Shown here: positions 19,644 to 29,596 of the stretch, piece by piece
Layout: the number at the start of each line of letters is the position of its first letter
Numbering within the stretch: the stretch's first letter is position 1
Source of the DNA: Nitrospiraceae bacterium
GTDB taxonomy: Bacteria; Nitrospirota; Nitrospiria; Nitrospirales; UBA2166
NCBI GenBank assembly: GCA_002726235.1
Contig: PBSN01000002.1
Span: 19,010 to 83,009, forward strand
DNA: 64,000 bases
Direction: 5' to 3'
Made by a program: the position numbers and the translations under genes
The notes under the pieces: model-generated
What the model was told of the DNA's origin: nothing
What the model saw: only the letters and a program-made list of their open reading frames with translations
The model's database searches: none

Positions 19644-21529
19644 CAAAAACCATTCGCCCCTACGGTCTCTGGTCCAGCCCAATCACTCCGGAATACCTGT
19701 CGCATGGAAAGCGCCTCATGGAGGTTGGGTGGGACTCTGATGGACACATCCTCGTCTGGCTTGAAGAACGATCTGACCGCGGAGTCCTTGTCTGTGTCAA
19801 CGATGATGGACAGGCACCTCGAGACCTCACCAATACCCTCTCTGTACGAGCGAAAGTCGGGTATGGCGGTGGAGAATTTACCGTTGGACATGGGCATGTC
19901 TATTTTGCGGAACAATCGGGATGTCTCTATCGACAGTCGGTAACATCTGGTACCGCAAAACCCTTACTTGCGTCTTTTGGCCACGCAACTTCACCATGCC
20001 TATCTCATGATGGAGCATGGTTGCTCTACATCCATTCCTATGAAGGCACTGATGTCATTGCAATCGTTGATTCTGAAGGAACACAATGGCCACAAAAGCT
20101 AGCAAGCGGTGCCGACTTCTATATGCAGCCTTGCTGGCACCCCACGGGAAGATGGCTGACGTGGATCGAATGGGACCATCCTCAAATGCCCTGGGATGGA
20201 ACGCGATTGATGCTGGCACAAGTTGTTACTGAGAATGATCACTTCCCACGTCTTCTGAAGCCCTCTATCATTGCCGGTGATACCAACACCGGAATCTTTC
20301 AGCCAACGTTTTCACCTGATGGAATGTCAATCGCCTACATTTCAGACCAGAACGGATGGAGCAATCTGTGGATCTATGATGTTAATCAAAAGACGCACCG
20401 ATGCCTGATCGATGAACCGGCTGACTTGGGAGTCCCCGCGTGGACTCAAGGACGACGGACGTTTGGCTTTCGCCATGATGGACAATACATCTATTTTCTG
20501 CGGAACGAGCGCGGTCGGTGGAAACCTGGCACGGTTGAGATCGCAAGTGGGAAGACTTTCAACCTCACAGCGTTATCTGACTATGAGTCCTTTGGACAAC
20601 TCGCTGTATCACCAACCAACCCAACGATTGCCTTTATCGGATCAGCAGGGACGATTCCACCACGCGTTCTCACATACACATCCGATGCTGAAATCCAAAT
20701 CCATACGCGAGCCACAGATGAGACACTTGCCACAGAGCGCCTTTCACGACCTGAGCCAATCGAGTGGGCGACCCCTTCCGGTGGAACAATTCACGGAATT
20801 TATTATCCGCCGACCAATCAAGACTTTGATGGACACGATCGCCCACCAGCAATCATCCAAATTCATGGCGGCCCGACAGGACAACGCGACACCAGCTTTA
20901 GCCTCGCAAACCAATTTTTTTCAACGCGCGGATACGCGGTGCTCGAAGTGAATTATCGCGGAAGCACGGGATACGGAAAAGCATACCGCCAAGCCCTGAA
21001 TAGGCAGTGGGGCATCTACGATGTTGAAGATGCGATAAGCGGGGCACAACACCTGATTGACTACGGTTTAGCGCATCCAAAACGACTGGTTATCATGGGT
21101 GGGAGCGCTGGGGGCTATACTGTTTTACGCGCCTTAACCACTCGGCCAAGATTTTTCAAAGCAGGAATTTGTCTCTACGGCATCTCCAATCTGTTCACCC
21201 TTGATGCCGAAACCCACAAGTTCGAATCCCATTATCTCGAATCTCTCATCGGCCCATTACCCGAAGCAAGCGCAATCTACCAGGAACGATCACCGCTCTT
21301 TTCAGTAGGGAATATTCGCGACTCCCTTGCAATCTTTCAAGGGGAAGAAGACAGGGTAGTTCCGAAGGATCAGGCTGAGTTAGTAGTAAGCGCGCTCAAA
21401 CAGCACGGAGTTTCCTATGAATACCACCTTTACGAGGGAGAGGGGCACGGATGGAGAAAAGCCGAAACGGTGACGAAATTTTATACTGCTGTTGAAGCGT
21501 TTCTCAGACAGCACGTCGTGTTTTCATAA
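19640..21529 (+). CDS. S9 family peptidase (acylaminoacyl/prolyl oligopeptidase-like)
   Basis: PYGLWSSPIT, HGGPT, NYRGSTGYG, GGSAGG nucleophile, DRVVP, GEGHGW. Confidence 0.93.
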   Translation: MTKTIRPYGLWSSPITPEYLSHGKRLMEVGWDSDGHILVWLEERSDRGVLVCVNDDGQAPRDLTNTLSVRAKVGYGGGEFTVGHGHVYFAEQSGCLYRQSVTSGTAKPLLASFGHATSPCLSHDGAWLLYIHSYEGTDVIAIVDSEGTQWPQKLASGADFYMQPCWHPTGRWLTWIEWDHPQMPWDGTRLMLAQVVTENDHFPRLLKPSIIAGDTNTGIFQPTFSPDGMSIAYISDQNGWSNLWIYDVNQKTHRCLIDEPADLGVPAWTQGRRTFGFRHDGQYIYFLRNERGRWKPGTVEIASGKTFNLTALSDYESFGQLAVSPTNPTIAFIGSAGTIPPRVLTYTSDAEIQIHTRATDETLATERLSRPEPIEWATPSGGTIHGIYYPPTNQDFDGHDRPPAIIQIHGGPTGQRDTSFSLANQFFSTRGYAVLEVNYRGSTGYGKAYRQALNRQWGIYDVEDAISGAQHLIDYGLAHPKRLVIMGGSAGGYTVLRALTTRPRFFKAGICLYGISNLFTLDAETHKFESHYLESLIGPLPEASAIYQERSPLFSVGNIRDSLAIFQGEEDRVVPKDQAELVVSALKQHGVSYEYHLYEGEGHGWRKAETVTKFYTAVEAFLRQHVVFS

Positions 21530-21560
21530 TCACTCCGAACTCCCGAGCATGCCACCCACA

Positions 21561-22394
21561 CTATGTTTCAATTGGCAGTGAGAAATCACGACTCCATTCC
21601 CACCATGAGCCAGTGTAGTTCCGCACTTTCGAGTATCCAGCGAATTGAAACACCGTTAATAACCAGGCTGATCGAACACCTCCCGTACAATAGCAGATAA
21701 TTTCCTGATCTTCAGTCAGTGTGTTTTCTCGAAAGACCCGCTGTAGTTCTTCGCGCGATTTGATCGAGGCATCTTCATTAAAAAACTGATCCCACGGAAT
21801 ATTGATGGCCAATGGCACATGTCCACCACGTGGAATCCCCGGTCCCACCGCACCGTTATATTCTTTCGAACTACGCGCATCGATCACCACATGGGATTTG
21901 AGACATGTGCCCTCTGCACGCGAACCGACCAATGTTTTCATTTCATCCTTCAAAACGATAAGCTCCGGACGTACGCTAGCTTTAAATGCTGACGAATCCG
22001 GATTCGCAAATCCTATTTCAGTTTTCCGGCCCTCACGTTTCCACTTCACCCACCCGCCATCCAACACCTGTACATTCTGATGCCCTAGATAGGAAAGCAT
22101 CCAATAGATCCTTCCGTCAGAGCCCCACGAATCAAAGGGATCGGTATAGACAACTACGCGATTCTCATTTCCAATTCCAAGCGCACTTAGCTTTTCCTCC
22201 AAACAACTTGTCTGTGGATCGAGTAGGCCCTTAATATCAGAATCGGGATCGCTGAAATCACGCCACTCGGTTTGTACCGCGCCAAAAATGTGTCCGGCGA
22301 CAAATTCGAGTTTCGGCCGCACATCGACAACAACCAATCCAGGCAATCCAAGGTCCTTCTCAAGATCCTCAGTGGTCACAAACAGTGATGCCAT
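21561..22394 (-). CDS. two-domain rhodanese (thiosulfate/mercaptopyruvate sulfurtransferase family)
   Basis: VVDVRP, GHIFGA, VLDGGW, IDARS, active-site CYCTGGVRSA, NYTGSWWEWS. Start trimmed to MASLFV. Confidence 0.92.
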   Translation of the reverse strand: MASLFVTTEDLEKDLGLPGLVVVDVRPKLEFVAGHIFGAVQTEWRDFSDPDSDIKGLLDPQTSCLEEKLSALGIGNENRVVVYTDPFDSWGSDGRIYWMLSYLGHQNVQVLDGGWVKWKREGRKTEIGFANPDSSAFKASVRPELIVLKDEMKTLVGSRAEGTCLKSHVVIDARSSKEYNGAVGPGIPRGGHVPLAINIPWDQFFNEDASIKSREELQRVFRENTLTEDQEIICYCTGGVRSAWLLTVFQFAGYSKVRNYTGSWWEWSRDFSLPIET

Positions 22395-22413
22395 TTCATT
22401 CCCTCCAAAAACA

Positions 22414-23712
22414 CTAACCTTGCTCATTGTCCTCATGGCAACCAAGTCGATACGCTGCCACGAGTTCCGCGTGGTTCACATTATATGTACCCTCTACCGT
22501 CTCGGGGAATGGCCCGCTGAGTGGAATCTCTCGCTCAAAAACCGGGAAGTTGTACGGATCGTTCCCGGTTAGACCATATTTGTCGCGCAACATTTGGTTC
22601 TGCGCATCGGTCTGAATGTGGTAGGTGACCACCGTGCGAAGCGTGATGGGTCCTTCCGCACCACCCAGTTGAGGCATTCGATATCGAAAGCGATAGTTGC
22701 GACTTTGGAGCGGCTTCAGCCGATTATCCCACACCTCCCAGATAACCGGCTGCCACAGAATCCAACGTCCCATGGTATGGGATTGAGCCTCTAACACGTT
22801 GCCCGCTTGATCAACAATTTCAAAATCGAAGGTAAAGTGCCGGTCAGGATCACCAGTTGGCAGTTTGTGCCCAGCCCCGGAGTTGGTAATTTCCATTAAA
22901 AACTCAACTTCCTGTCCGGAAGGCAACTCGGGAGGATCAGCGGTAAGTTTTATCGTAATGGCACGTTTGACCTGCTCAGGGTCATGTCCCCCTCTCCAGA
23001 GATGTTTTCGTCCTTTTCGCATTGGGCCGCCAGTCGCGACCGGTCGTTCGACCGCAGGCATATGGCACGTCTGGCAAATGTATCCTTGATTGAAGTAATG
23101 CTCCCCTTCAAACTCCGGATATGTTCCGCATGGCCCAGCACGGTAAAACTGAAATGGCCCTGACGGCACCTGATGACATCGATAGCACAAATCCATCGAC
23201 CGGTAGATGGGATCGTACATCGTCGGATGTGGCGCATCAGAGTCTTCATAAGGACCAAGAATGACGCCATCTCGAACATGGCAGGCAGCACAGGTGATAC
23301 CTTCGTGCTGAAACTCTGGATCGTAATTTGGATTGGGCATCTTCACCGCTTTCTCGACGCGATCCCTTGGAATATCGATGATAAGTTCTGGCTGTTGATT
23401 TTCAAGCGGAGTATGACAATTCAAACAAATCCAAATATTGTTATCCCGCTTCCAATACGCTTGGAAGAAAGGATCATCAAATGCTTGGGCATGAATAGAG
23501 GTCTTCCACTCTTCATAAATCGCTTGGTGACATTTCCCACACGACTCAGCCTTGAGACTATCAATCCCTTCAGGAACTTGCTGAAAAGGTATCGCCTGCG
23601 CAAAATCATCGCGGAGGCCAAAGATCACCACCGGACGAAGTTCGGTGTAAAAAATATACACACCACCCCCAAGAAGACCGACAATCCCAAGTGTCAACAA
23701 TCCACGTTTCAA
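22414..23712 (-). CDS. membrane-anchored pentaheme cytochrome c (c554/c552-like family)
   Basis: Five CxxCH motifs (CGKCH, CLNCH, CAACH, CYRCH, CQTCH), N-terminal TM, GHKLPTGD motif. TTG start at 23712 directly follows the upstream stop. Confidence 0.88.
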   Translation of the reverse strand: MKRGLLTLGIVGLLGGGVYIFYTELRPVVIFGLRDDFAQAIPFQQVPEGIDSLKAESCGKCHQAIYEEWKTSIHAQAFDDPFFQAYWKRDNNIWICLNCHTPLENQQPELIIDIPRDRVEKAVKMPNPNYDPEFQHEGITCAACHVRDGVILGPYEDSDAPHPTMYDPIYRSMDLCYRCHQVPSGPFQFYRAGPCGTYPEFEGEHYFNQGYICQTCHMPAVERPVATGGPMRKGRKHLWRGGHDPEQVKRAITIKLTADPPELPSGQEVEFLMEITNSGAGHKLPTGDPDRHFTFDFEIVDQAGNVLEAQSHTMGRWILWQPVIWEVWDNRLKPLQSRNYRFRYRMPQLGGAEGPITLRTVVTYHIQTDAQNQMLRDKYGLTGNDPYNFPVFEREIPLSGPFPETVEGTYNVNHAELVAAYRLGCHEDNEQG

Positions 23713-23714
23713 AA

Positions 23715-24665
23715 CTATGTTTCCATCAAAACCTGGATATGCCGATAAATGGATTTCGCAATCGATTCGAGGTGATAGCCTCCCTCGAGGCAAGAGATTA
23801 TTCGCCCACCTGCATACTCCTCGGCAATCCCTTTCACAATACGCGAAAGTTGCGCATACCCTTCTTCCGTCAGTCTCATATTCGCAAGCGAATCATTTCG
23901 GTGAGCATCAAACCCGGCCGAGATGAGAACCGCATCCGGCTCAAATTCTTTTGCCGCCGGAATCAGTCTACTATTGAATGCCTCGATATATTCTTTGTCC
24001 CCGCTTCCCGCCCTCATTGGAACGTTAATCGTCGAACCTAAGCCCGCTCCAAGGCCCTGTTCTGACTCCCCTCCAGTCCCTGGGTAGAAAGGATACTGAT
24101 GGGCACTAAAAAACAAGACAGAGGGATCTTTGTAAAACGCCTCTTGAGTTCCGTTGCCATGGTGAACATCCCAATCGACAATGAGAATCTTCCTGAGACC
24201 GTAGCGTTTCTGAAAATAGCGAGCGCCAATCGCCACATTATTAAAGAAACAAAAGCCCATCGCACGTGTCGGTTCGGCATGATGCCCGGGAGGACGAATG
24301 GCACAAAATACTGAGCGCACCGTACCATTCATTACGGCATCGATCCCTGCAAGAACCCCACTAACGGCCAGAAACGCCACTTGGAGGGAATCTTGTGACA
24401 TCGGAGTGTCCCCGTCGACATATGCGAGATCATCTCCGACTTGGGTCCCCACAGCACGCAATGACGCCACATGTTGCGGAGAATGCACACTCGTAATCCA
24501 GAATTCGTCCGCAGGCTCCGGCTCAATCAGTGTTAGTTTTTCCGTCAGTCGCTCTTCCTCAAGCAGTGACATAATCGAAGTAAGCCGCTCCGGCCGCTCT
24601 GGATGCATGTGACCTGTTTTATGCTTCAAAAAATCAGGATGATAGACAAGTCCGACATTCGCCAT
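23715..24665 (-). CDS. histone deacetylase family amidohydrolase
   Basis: HPERPERL, RPPGHHA, GFCFFNN, DWDVHHGNGTQ, SAGFDAH, LEGGY. Confidence 0.95.
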   Translation of the reverse strand: MANVGLVYHPDFLKHKTGHMHPERPERLTSIMSLLEEERLTEKLTLIEPEPADEFWITSVHSPQHVASLRAVGTQVGDDLAYVDGDTPMSQDSLQVAFLAVSGVLAGIDAVMNGTVRSVFCAIRPPGHHAEPTRAMGFCFFNNVAIGARYFQKRYGLRKILIVDWDVHHGNGTQEAFYKDPSVLFFSAHQYPFYPGTGGESEQGLGAGLGSTINVPMRAGSGDKEYIEAFNSRLIPAAKEFEPDAVLISAGFDAHRNDSLANMRLTEEGYAQLSRIVKGIAEEYAGGRIISCLEGGYHLESIAKSIYRHIQVLMET

Positions 24666-24685
24666 ACAATCATGCTCCTCGATTC

Positions 24686-25153
24686 ATGCTCCGTAGTATT
24701 CTATACGATCGTGAAAGTGAATTGCTCAGACAGGTTTGGGAAGTTGGTGAGAGGCAAGCAAACCTACTCGTCTTCGCCGCAATCATGCAACTCGAAGCAT
24801 TGGGAGTTGCTCAGGATGAGAGACTGGAGAAGTTTGTTATCTTGAAGACCGAGAAAGCAGACGAGTACCTGAGTTTTGAATTTAGCGAAATCACATCCAA
24901 CGCTCGTCTGTTCGACCAACAGCACACCTTCCCAGTACAAATCGATGAAACCACGTTTATCACCAGGCTTTTTGGCGGGATACCCGGAGGTAGCACCACA
25001 GCGAAATGGCGTTCCGCAAACCGCAAAGAAACCCTGGCAGAAAAATTGTGTCTGCCCTTTTCCATAACCCTGCCCAACCCATTCTCCGACGAAACTTTCC
25101 GCCCGGGTTTTACTTTCGTTCCAAGAAAGCCGCGTAGCATACCGTTGGCTTAG
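24686..25153 (+). CDS. hypothetical protein
   Basis: 155-aa ORF filling an otherwise empty gap. Composition looks protein-like but no motif recognised. Confidence 0.35.
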   Translation: MLRSILYDRESELLRQVWEVGERQANLLVFAAIMQLEALGVAQDERLEKFVILKTEKADEYLSFEFSEITSNARLFDQQHTFPVQIDETTFITRLFGGIPGGSTTAKWRSANRKETLAEKLCLPFSITLPNPFSDETFRPGFTFVPRKPRSIPLA

Positions 25154-25417
25154 TTCTACCCACCCGCGCTATTTACGGGCATTGGGTACAACAGTACCAT
25201 CATCTCTCCCGCAACTCGCGAAGCAAGAATTTTATTATTGGATTCGACAATTTCTTTCTGCGAAAAACTTTTATGGCAACTCCTAGTCAAAGTGCAAATC
25301 TAACACTGGGACAATCCCACCCTCTCAGTTCGTTCCCTAAATCGTAGCCGTGAATTACAGAACTCTATAACTCTATTTGGCAAAACACAACGCCCGCATC
25401 CCAATCACATCGACCTT

Positions 25418-26419
25418 CTATCTATCCCGCCATTTGTCGCTATCACCCCACTCTGACTCGGTAGGTTGTTCAAGTTCGCCGTAGTCAAACATCAAGTTAT
25501 CCTGGTCCTCTTCTTCTGCCTGTTGTCGCCGACGGATTTTGAGTCGTCGAACGTGCATTCCAAACGCAACGAATGCCAGAGTTGAAATTCCAATCCAGAT
25601 CATGAAGTCGCTGGTCACAAATGGCACCCAACGCAGCCATACAGATTGCCGGTCTATAAATGCCTCAGCTGCTTGATGGGGCAATAGCGACACGACCTGT
25701 CGAAAGGCAATGGGAAAAGGTACATCTTGCGCAACGAGCGCCAAGATTCGCCTTGGTGTATCTTGACCATACTCCTGAATGATGTCCCGGACAAACCCTG
25801 CTGACAATGCGTACCCTCGGCGAGCGGTAGGAGCATTGCCACGAAAAAACATATTTACCCGCTCGAGTGAAAATTCGTCGCGCTCGCCTACAGCCCATAG
25901 CAACCTAGCGCGATCTTCGATATCCCAAGTACGGGCCGCAATGGTGGCAATGCCTTCATCAAACCATCGCGGAATCTCTCGCCCTCGAGCAGCACGATGA
26001 TTCAAAATGTGCGCGACCTCGTGAACGAGAAGATCTTCGATTGCCCGGGCGGGATAGGAATGTACGCGCTCCGCAAGCAGCACGATGGTACTCGCTTCTC
26101 CATTGGCAAATCCCGATACCCATGGTGGGAGTTGTGCCCCAAGCTGAGAGGTTTCGGGGACCACATAGACGAGAATAGCCGGCCCGGGATAATCCAAACC
26201 AGCTAGTTTCATGGCATAGCTGTAATGCGGCCACCCCATGTTATTTAATCGCTTGACAATGGGTTGCAACGATTCCGGCGCTTCAAAAATCAGGTGAGGA
26301 GGATTCGCAGCCTGCATGGAATTTGGTTGGAACACAAGGCAGAAAATAACCAGAAATTGCAGAAATTGACGCTCCCAAATTCTGGTGATAAGGTGTTTCC
26401 GATGGCAAAAATCCCGCAA
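25418..26419 (-). CDS. peptidase MA-like zinc metallopeptidase with C-terminal TM
   Basis: HEVAH followed by PRWFDEGIA; hydrophobic signal-like N-terminus. Start uncertain (TTG 26419 or ATG 26317). Confidence 0.75.
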   Translation of the reverse strand: MRDFCHRKHLITRIWERQFLQFLVIFCLVFQPNSMQAANPPHLIFEAPESLQPIVKRLNNMGWPHYSYAMKLAGLDYPGPAILVYVVPETSQLGAQLPPWVSGFANGEASTIVLLAERVHSYPARAIEDLLVHEVAHILNHRAARGREIPRWFDEGIATIAARTWDIEDRARLLWAVGERDEFSLERVNMFFRGNAPTARRGYALSAGFVRDIIQEYGQDTPRRILALVAQDVPFPIAFRQVVSLLPHQAAEAFIDRQSVWLRWVPFVTSDFMIWIGISTLAFVAFGMHVRRLKIRRRQQAEEEDQDNLMFDYGELEQPTESEWGDSDKWRDR

Positions 26420-27280
26420 CGCATTCTTGGAAAAACTGGCGTCAACGTGCCAATTTTGGGATTTGGAACGGCCCCCATTGGAAACCTCCGTAATGCCAAA
26501 GATGCGGCTGCCATTTTTCACGAAGCCATTAACCTCGGAGTGACCTATATCGATACGGCTCATGATTTTGCTGGGTATGGACATGCTCAAAAGTATCTCG
26601 GCCCTGTGCTGAAAGAACGGCGAAACGAAGTCTTTCTTGTGACCAAATGCTTTGAGCCAAATGGAGAAAAAGCACTACACCTCTTGGAACGCAATCTCAA
26701 AGAACTTCAAACAGACCATACTGACCTAATGTTTGTCCATAGTTTAGGGCATGACAAGATGGATCCATTACAGGTCTTTAGCCGACGCGGGGTATACCCC
26801 ACGTTAATGCAAGCCAAAACGCAAGGACTGGCGCGGTTCGTCGGCGTCTCGGGCCACAACCGTCCACACCGCTTTGTGAAGGCGATTCAGCAATATGAAT
26901 TTGATGTCCTGATGAATGCAACCAACTTCGTCGACCGGCATACCTATAACTTTGAAGAGCAGGTTTTCCCCCTTGCTACGCAAAAACAAATCGGATTGGT
27001 TGCAATGAAGGTGTTTGGGGGACAAGAGAAATCGCTCTTTGCCGGATTAAGTAATCGCAACATACCAACGCAATACCTCGATATCGCGTTTCGATATGCA
27101 CTAAGCCTTCCACAGGTTGCCTGTTCGATTATCGGCATGTCAACACGCGACGAATTGCTCCAAAACGTCGCGCGAGCGCGAAACTTTACTCCGGTCACCC
27201 CGCGAGAGCTAGCCATGCTTACCCCCATAGGAAAAACACTGGCGAACAAGTGGGGAACTCACTTCGGCACACTTGTGTAA
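26402..27280 (+). CDS. aldo/keto reductase
   Basis: RILGKTG, LGFGT, YIDTAHD, FLVTK, LKELQTDHTDL, GLVAMKVFGG. Confidence 0.92.
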   Translation: MAKIPQRILGKTGVNVPILGFGTAPIGNLRNAKDAAAIFHEAINLGVTYIDTAHDFAGYGHAQKYLGPVLKERRNEVFLVTKCFEPNGEKALHLLERNLKELQTDHTDLMFVHSLGHDKMDPLQVFSRRGVYPTLMQAKTQGLARFVGVSGHNRPHRFVKAIQQYEFDVLMNATNFVDRHTYNFEEQVFPLATQKQIGLVAMKVFGGQEKSLFAGLSNRNIPTQYLDIAFRYALSLPQVACSIIGMSTRDELLQNVARARNFTPVTPRELAMLTPIGKTLANKWGTHFGTLV

Positions 27281-27281
27281 A

Positions 27282-27899
27282 ATGACACCGTCATTAATTT
27301 GTGTACTGGAGTCCCATAGGCGTATGGGAATTCTACGTTCCAGCGTGGTCTTTTGTTTGCTGTGGGGGGCACCAGCTGGTGCGTTTGCAACAACCTCCTC
27401 CGTCATCGATGCAGGCGTGTCTTGGCAATCGATAACCATTTCACCAGAACAGATGGTGCACGCGAAAACTCGTGGCAATGCACTGCTCGCACGATCTGAC
27501 CTCGCACTCCTGTTTGAAGCGGAGAAAACCATCCACCTTGCAACCCTCCTTGAACCAGCATTGCTCATTTCTCACCACGAATCGGCGGTCAACTTTCCAC
27601 ATCACCATCTCCCAACATCGACTGTTCTCCGCTTAAAACCCCAGAAGGCTGTGGATCAGATATTTCAGGCGTTACAAGAAGAGTTGTGTCAGCATGATCC
27701 CGCCATATTAGATCTGTCGTTAGATGATACCATCACCAGCTGGCTGCCGGTTGCGATTGCGGCTGTCCCAGCGGCAGTGACAACCTCATCATCCATCCAG
27801 TTTGCACAGGATTTAGCCGCCACAATTGTCGTGTTATTCTTCAAAATAGGCCAACCCGATGCGTGTTACGTTGACTCGCCCTACGAGGGAACATTCTAG
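27282..27899 (+). CDS. hypothetical exported protein
   Basis: Operonic position (1 bp after the AKR stop); signal-peptide-like segment ending AFA. Confidence 0.55.
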   Translation: MTPSLICVLESHRRMGILRSSVVFCLLWGAPAGAFATTSSVIDAGVSWQSITISPEQMVHAKTRGNALLARSDLALLFEAEKTIHLATLLEPALLISHHESAVNFPHHHLPTSTVLRLKPQKAVDQIFQALQEELCQHDPAILDLSLDDTITSWLPVAIAAVPAAVTTSSSIQFAQDLAATIVVLFFKIGQPDACYVDSPYEGTF

Positions 27900-28427
27900 A
27901 TGCCCGCTCAATTCCAAAACATCCTTTGTGCCAGCGCTGTGCTTGTCTGCTTGTGCATGAATTCGATCCGCCCTGCAATTGCTGAGGAGGGAGGTGACAA
28001 TGGCGCACTCGCACGAAGCCCGGATCATTCGACCATTGTCACAGCACTCCTATATCCCGTAAACCGCATTCTCGATATTTTCGACATCTTCCGCATAAAT
28101 GTCGGCTTTGGGCCGGGATATGGCATCAATGTACGGGCGACCAAAGTGCTTCAGGTTGGGATTGAGAGCTACTCGACCGTACGCGTTGGGCTCGGCAAAG
28201 AATCCGGAATCTGGAATCCCCGATATGGAATTGTATATACGGAGTCAGAACCGTTCACCGCTGGAGCCAGCATGGCCTATATGGGTGGACGACAACGTGG
28301 GGCGATGGAAGTCGGAACAACGGTGCACCTTGGTTTTGTGGGAGCGGAGGCTGCTATTGACTTAGCTGAAATCGCGGACTTTTTTTTGGGATTCGTCATC
28401 ATTGACTTCAAAAAAGATGACCATTAG
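27900..28427 (+). CDS. hypothetical exported protein (Gly/aromatic-rich, beta-strand-like)
   Basis: Signal-like N-terminus; NRILDIFDIFRINVGFGPG..VRATK and DLAEIADFFLG segments; abuts the upstream stop. Confidence 0.65.
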   Translation: MPAQFQNILCASAVLVCLCMNSIRPAIAEEGGDNGALARSPDHSTIVTALLYPVNRILDIFDIFRINVGFGPGYGINVRATKVLQVGIESYSTVRVGLGKESGIWNPRYGIVYTESEPFTAGASMAYMGGRQRGAMEVGTTVHLGFVGAEAAIDLAEIADFFLGFVIIDFKKDDH

Positions 28428-28446
28428 CGTGTTATTGTATTAACCC

Positions 28447-29148
28447 ATGAAATATTTCGCGTATAGAAGCCAATGCGGCATGAGGCAATTGATCATCACG
28501 ACATGTTTCCTCCCCCTGATTGTTCTTATCTCAATCGGCTGTACCGACGATAGAGATTGGATCACGTTGCAGCAAGAAGCCGCGAAGCTTGTCGAAGAAG
28601 GGGATTTTGCGGGAGCCGAAGACCTCGCTCAGAAATCCCTCACGCACGCAGAGAACACCATTGGACCGGATCATGCAGATGTTGCACACGTCCATAATAC
28701 ACTGGCAATGGTAGCCTATGGCAATCAAGACTATGCACAAACAGAAGCCCATCATCGCCACGCCCTAGCCATTCAGGAACAAGCGCTTGGCAAAAACGAC
28801 TTCGAAATCGGACGAACGCTCGCCTCTCTTGGTGACTTTTTCCTAAGTCAAAACAAGCTCACTGAAGCCGCAGAAACGCACGAACGCGCACACGAAATCC
28901 TCGTCGCCAATCTTGGTGATCAACACCCTGATATCGGTCGTAGTATCAATAATCTTGCCAGAATCTATACCGCACAGAATCGGCTAAGGGAAGCGGCCAG
29001 TCACCATGCGCAAGCGTTGGCCATCCTCGAAGCTACACTCGGTCCTGATGACCCAGAGGTAAAAATGGTCATTGATAACCTCACAATACTCTATTCCGAC
29101 ATTGCCCCATCAGAAACGGCGGACACATCACGGCCGATAGATCCATAG
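28447..29148 (+). CDS. tetratricopeptide repeat lipoprotein (TPR_12/kinesin light chain-like)
   Basis: Lipobox-like ISIGC; 42-aa repeats (GPDHADVA.., GKNDFEIG.., GDQHPDIG.., GPDDPEV). Confidence 0.85.
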   Translation: MKYFAYRSQCGMRQLIITTCFLPLIVLISIGCTDDRDWITLQQEAAKLVEEGDFAGAEDLAQKSLTHAENTIGPDHADVAHVHNTLAMVAYGNQDYAQTEAHHRHALAIQEQALGKNDFEIGRTLASLGDFFLSQNKLTEAAETHERAHEILVANLGDQHPDIGRSINNLARIYTAQNRLREAASHHAQALAILEATLGPDDPEVKMVIDNLTILYSDIAPSETADTSRPIDP

Positions 29149-29155
29149 TAGCCCT

Positions 29156-29467
29156 ATGCGATTCACTCACCACATATTTATTTGCACCAACCAGCGGCTG
29201 AAGGGCGACCCTCGAGGGTGTTGTGCCAATAACGATTCCGAGCATTTTCGGTCTTTTTTTAAACAGGAAGTTGCACGGCTTGGTCTAAAGGGAAAGGTGC
29301 GGGCAAACAAAGCCGGATGCCTAGACCACTGCATGTATGGACCAGCAGTGGTTGTCTATCCTGAGGGAGTATGGTACTGGATTGGATCAGAAAAAGACGT
29401 GACGGAGATTATGGAGCGCCATATCGTCAAGGGGGAGATCGTTGAGCGGCTACTTATCCCCGACTAA
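29156..29467 (+). CDS. thioredoxin-like [2Fe-2S] ferredoxin
   Basis: HIFICTN..GCC..NKAGCLDHCMYGPAVVVYPEGVWY. Confidence 0.95.
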   Translation: MRFTHHIFICTNQRLKGDPRGCCANNDSEHFRSFFKQEVARLGLKGKVRANKAGCLDHCMYGPAVVVYPEGVWYWIGSEKDVTEIMERHIVKGEIVERLLIPD

Positions 29468-29596
29468 AGCACCATTTCTTCCTAAGAATCTAGTGAAAAG
29501 CCCCTGCCCGTGTCGTGGCTCTCTTGCTCACGCTCCCCACATACGGCCAGAGCCGCCGAACCATCGCGCCGAAAAGTAATACTGAGAACCATCATG

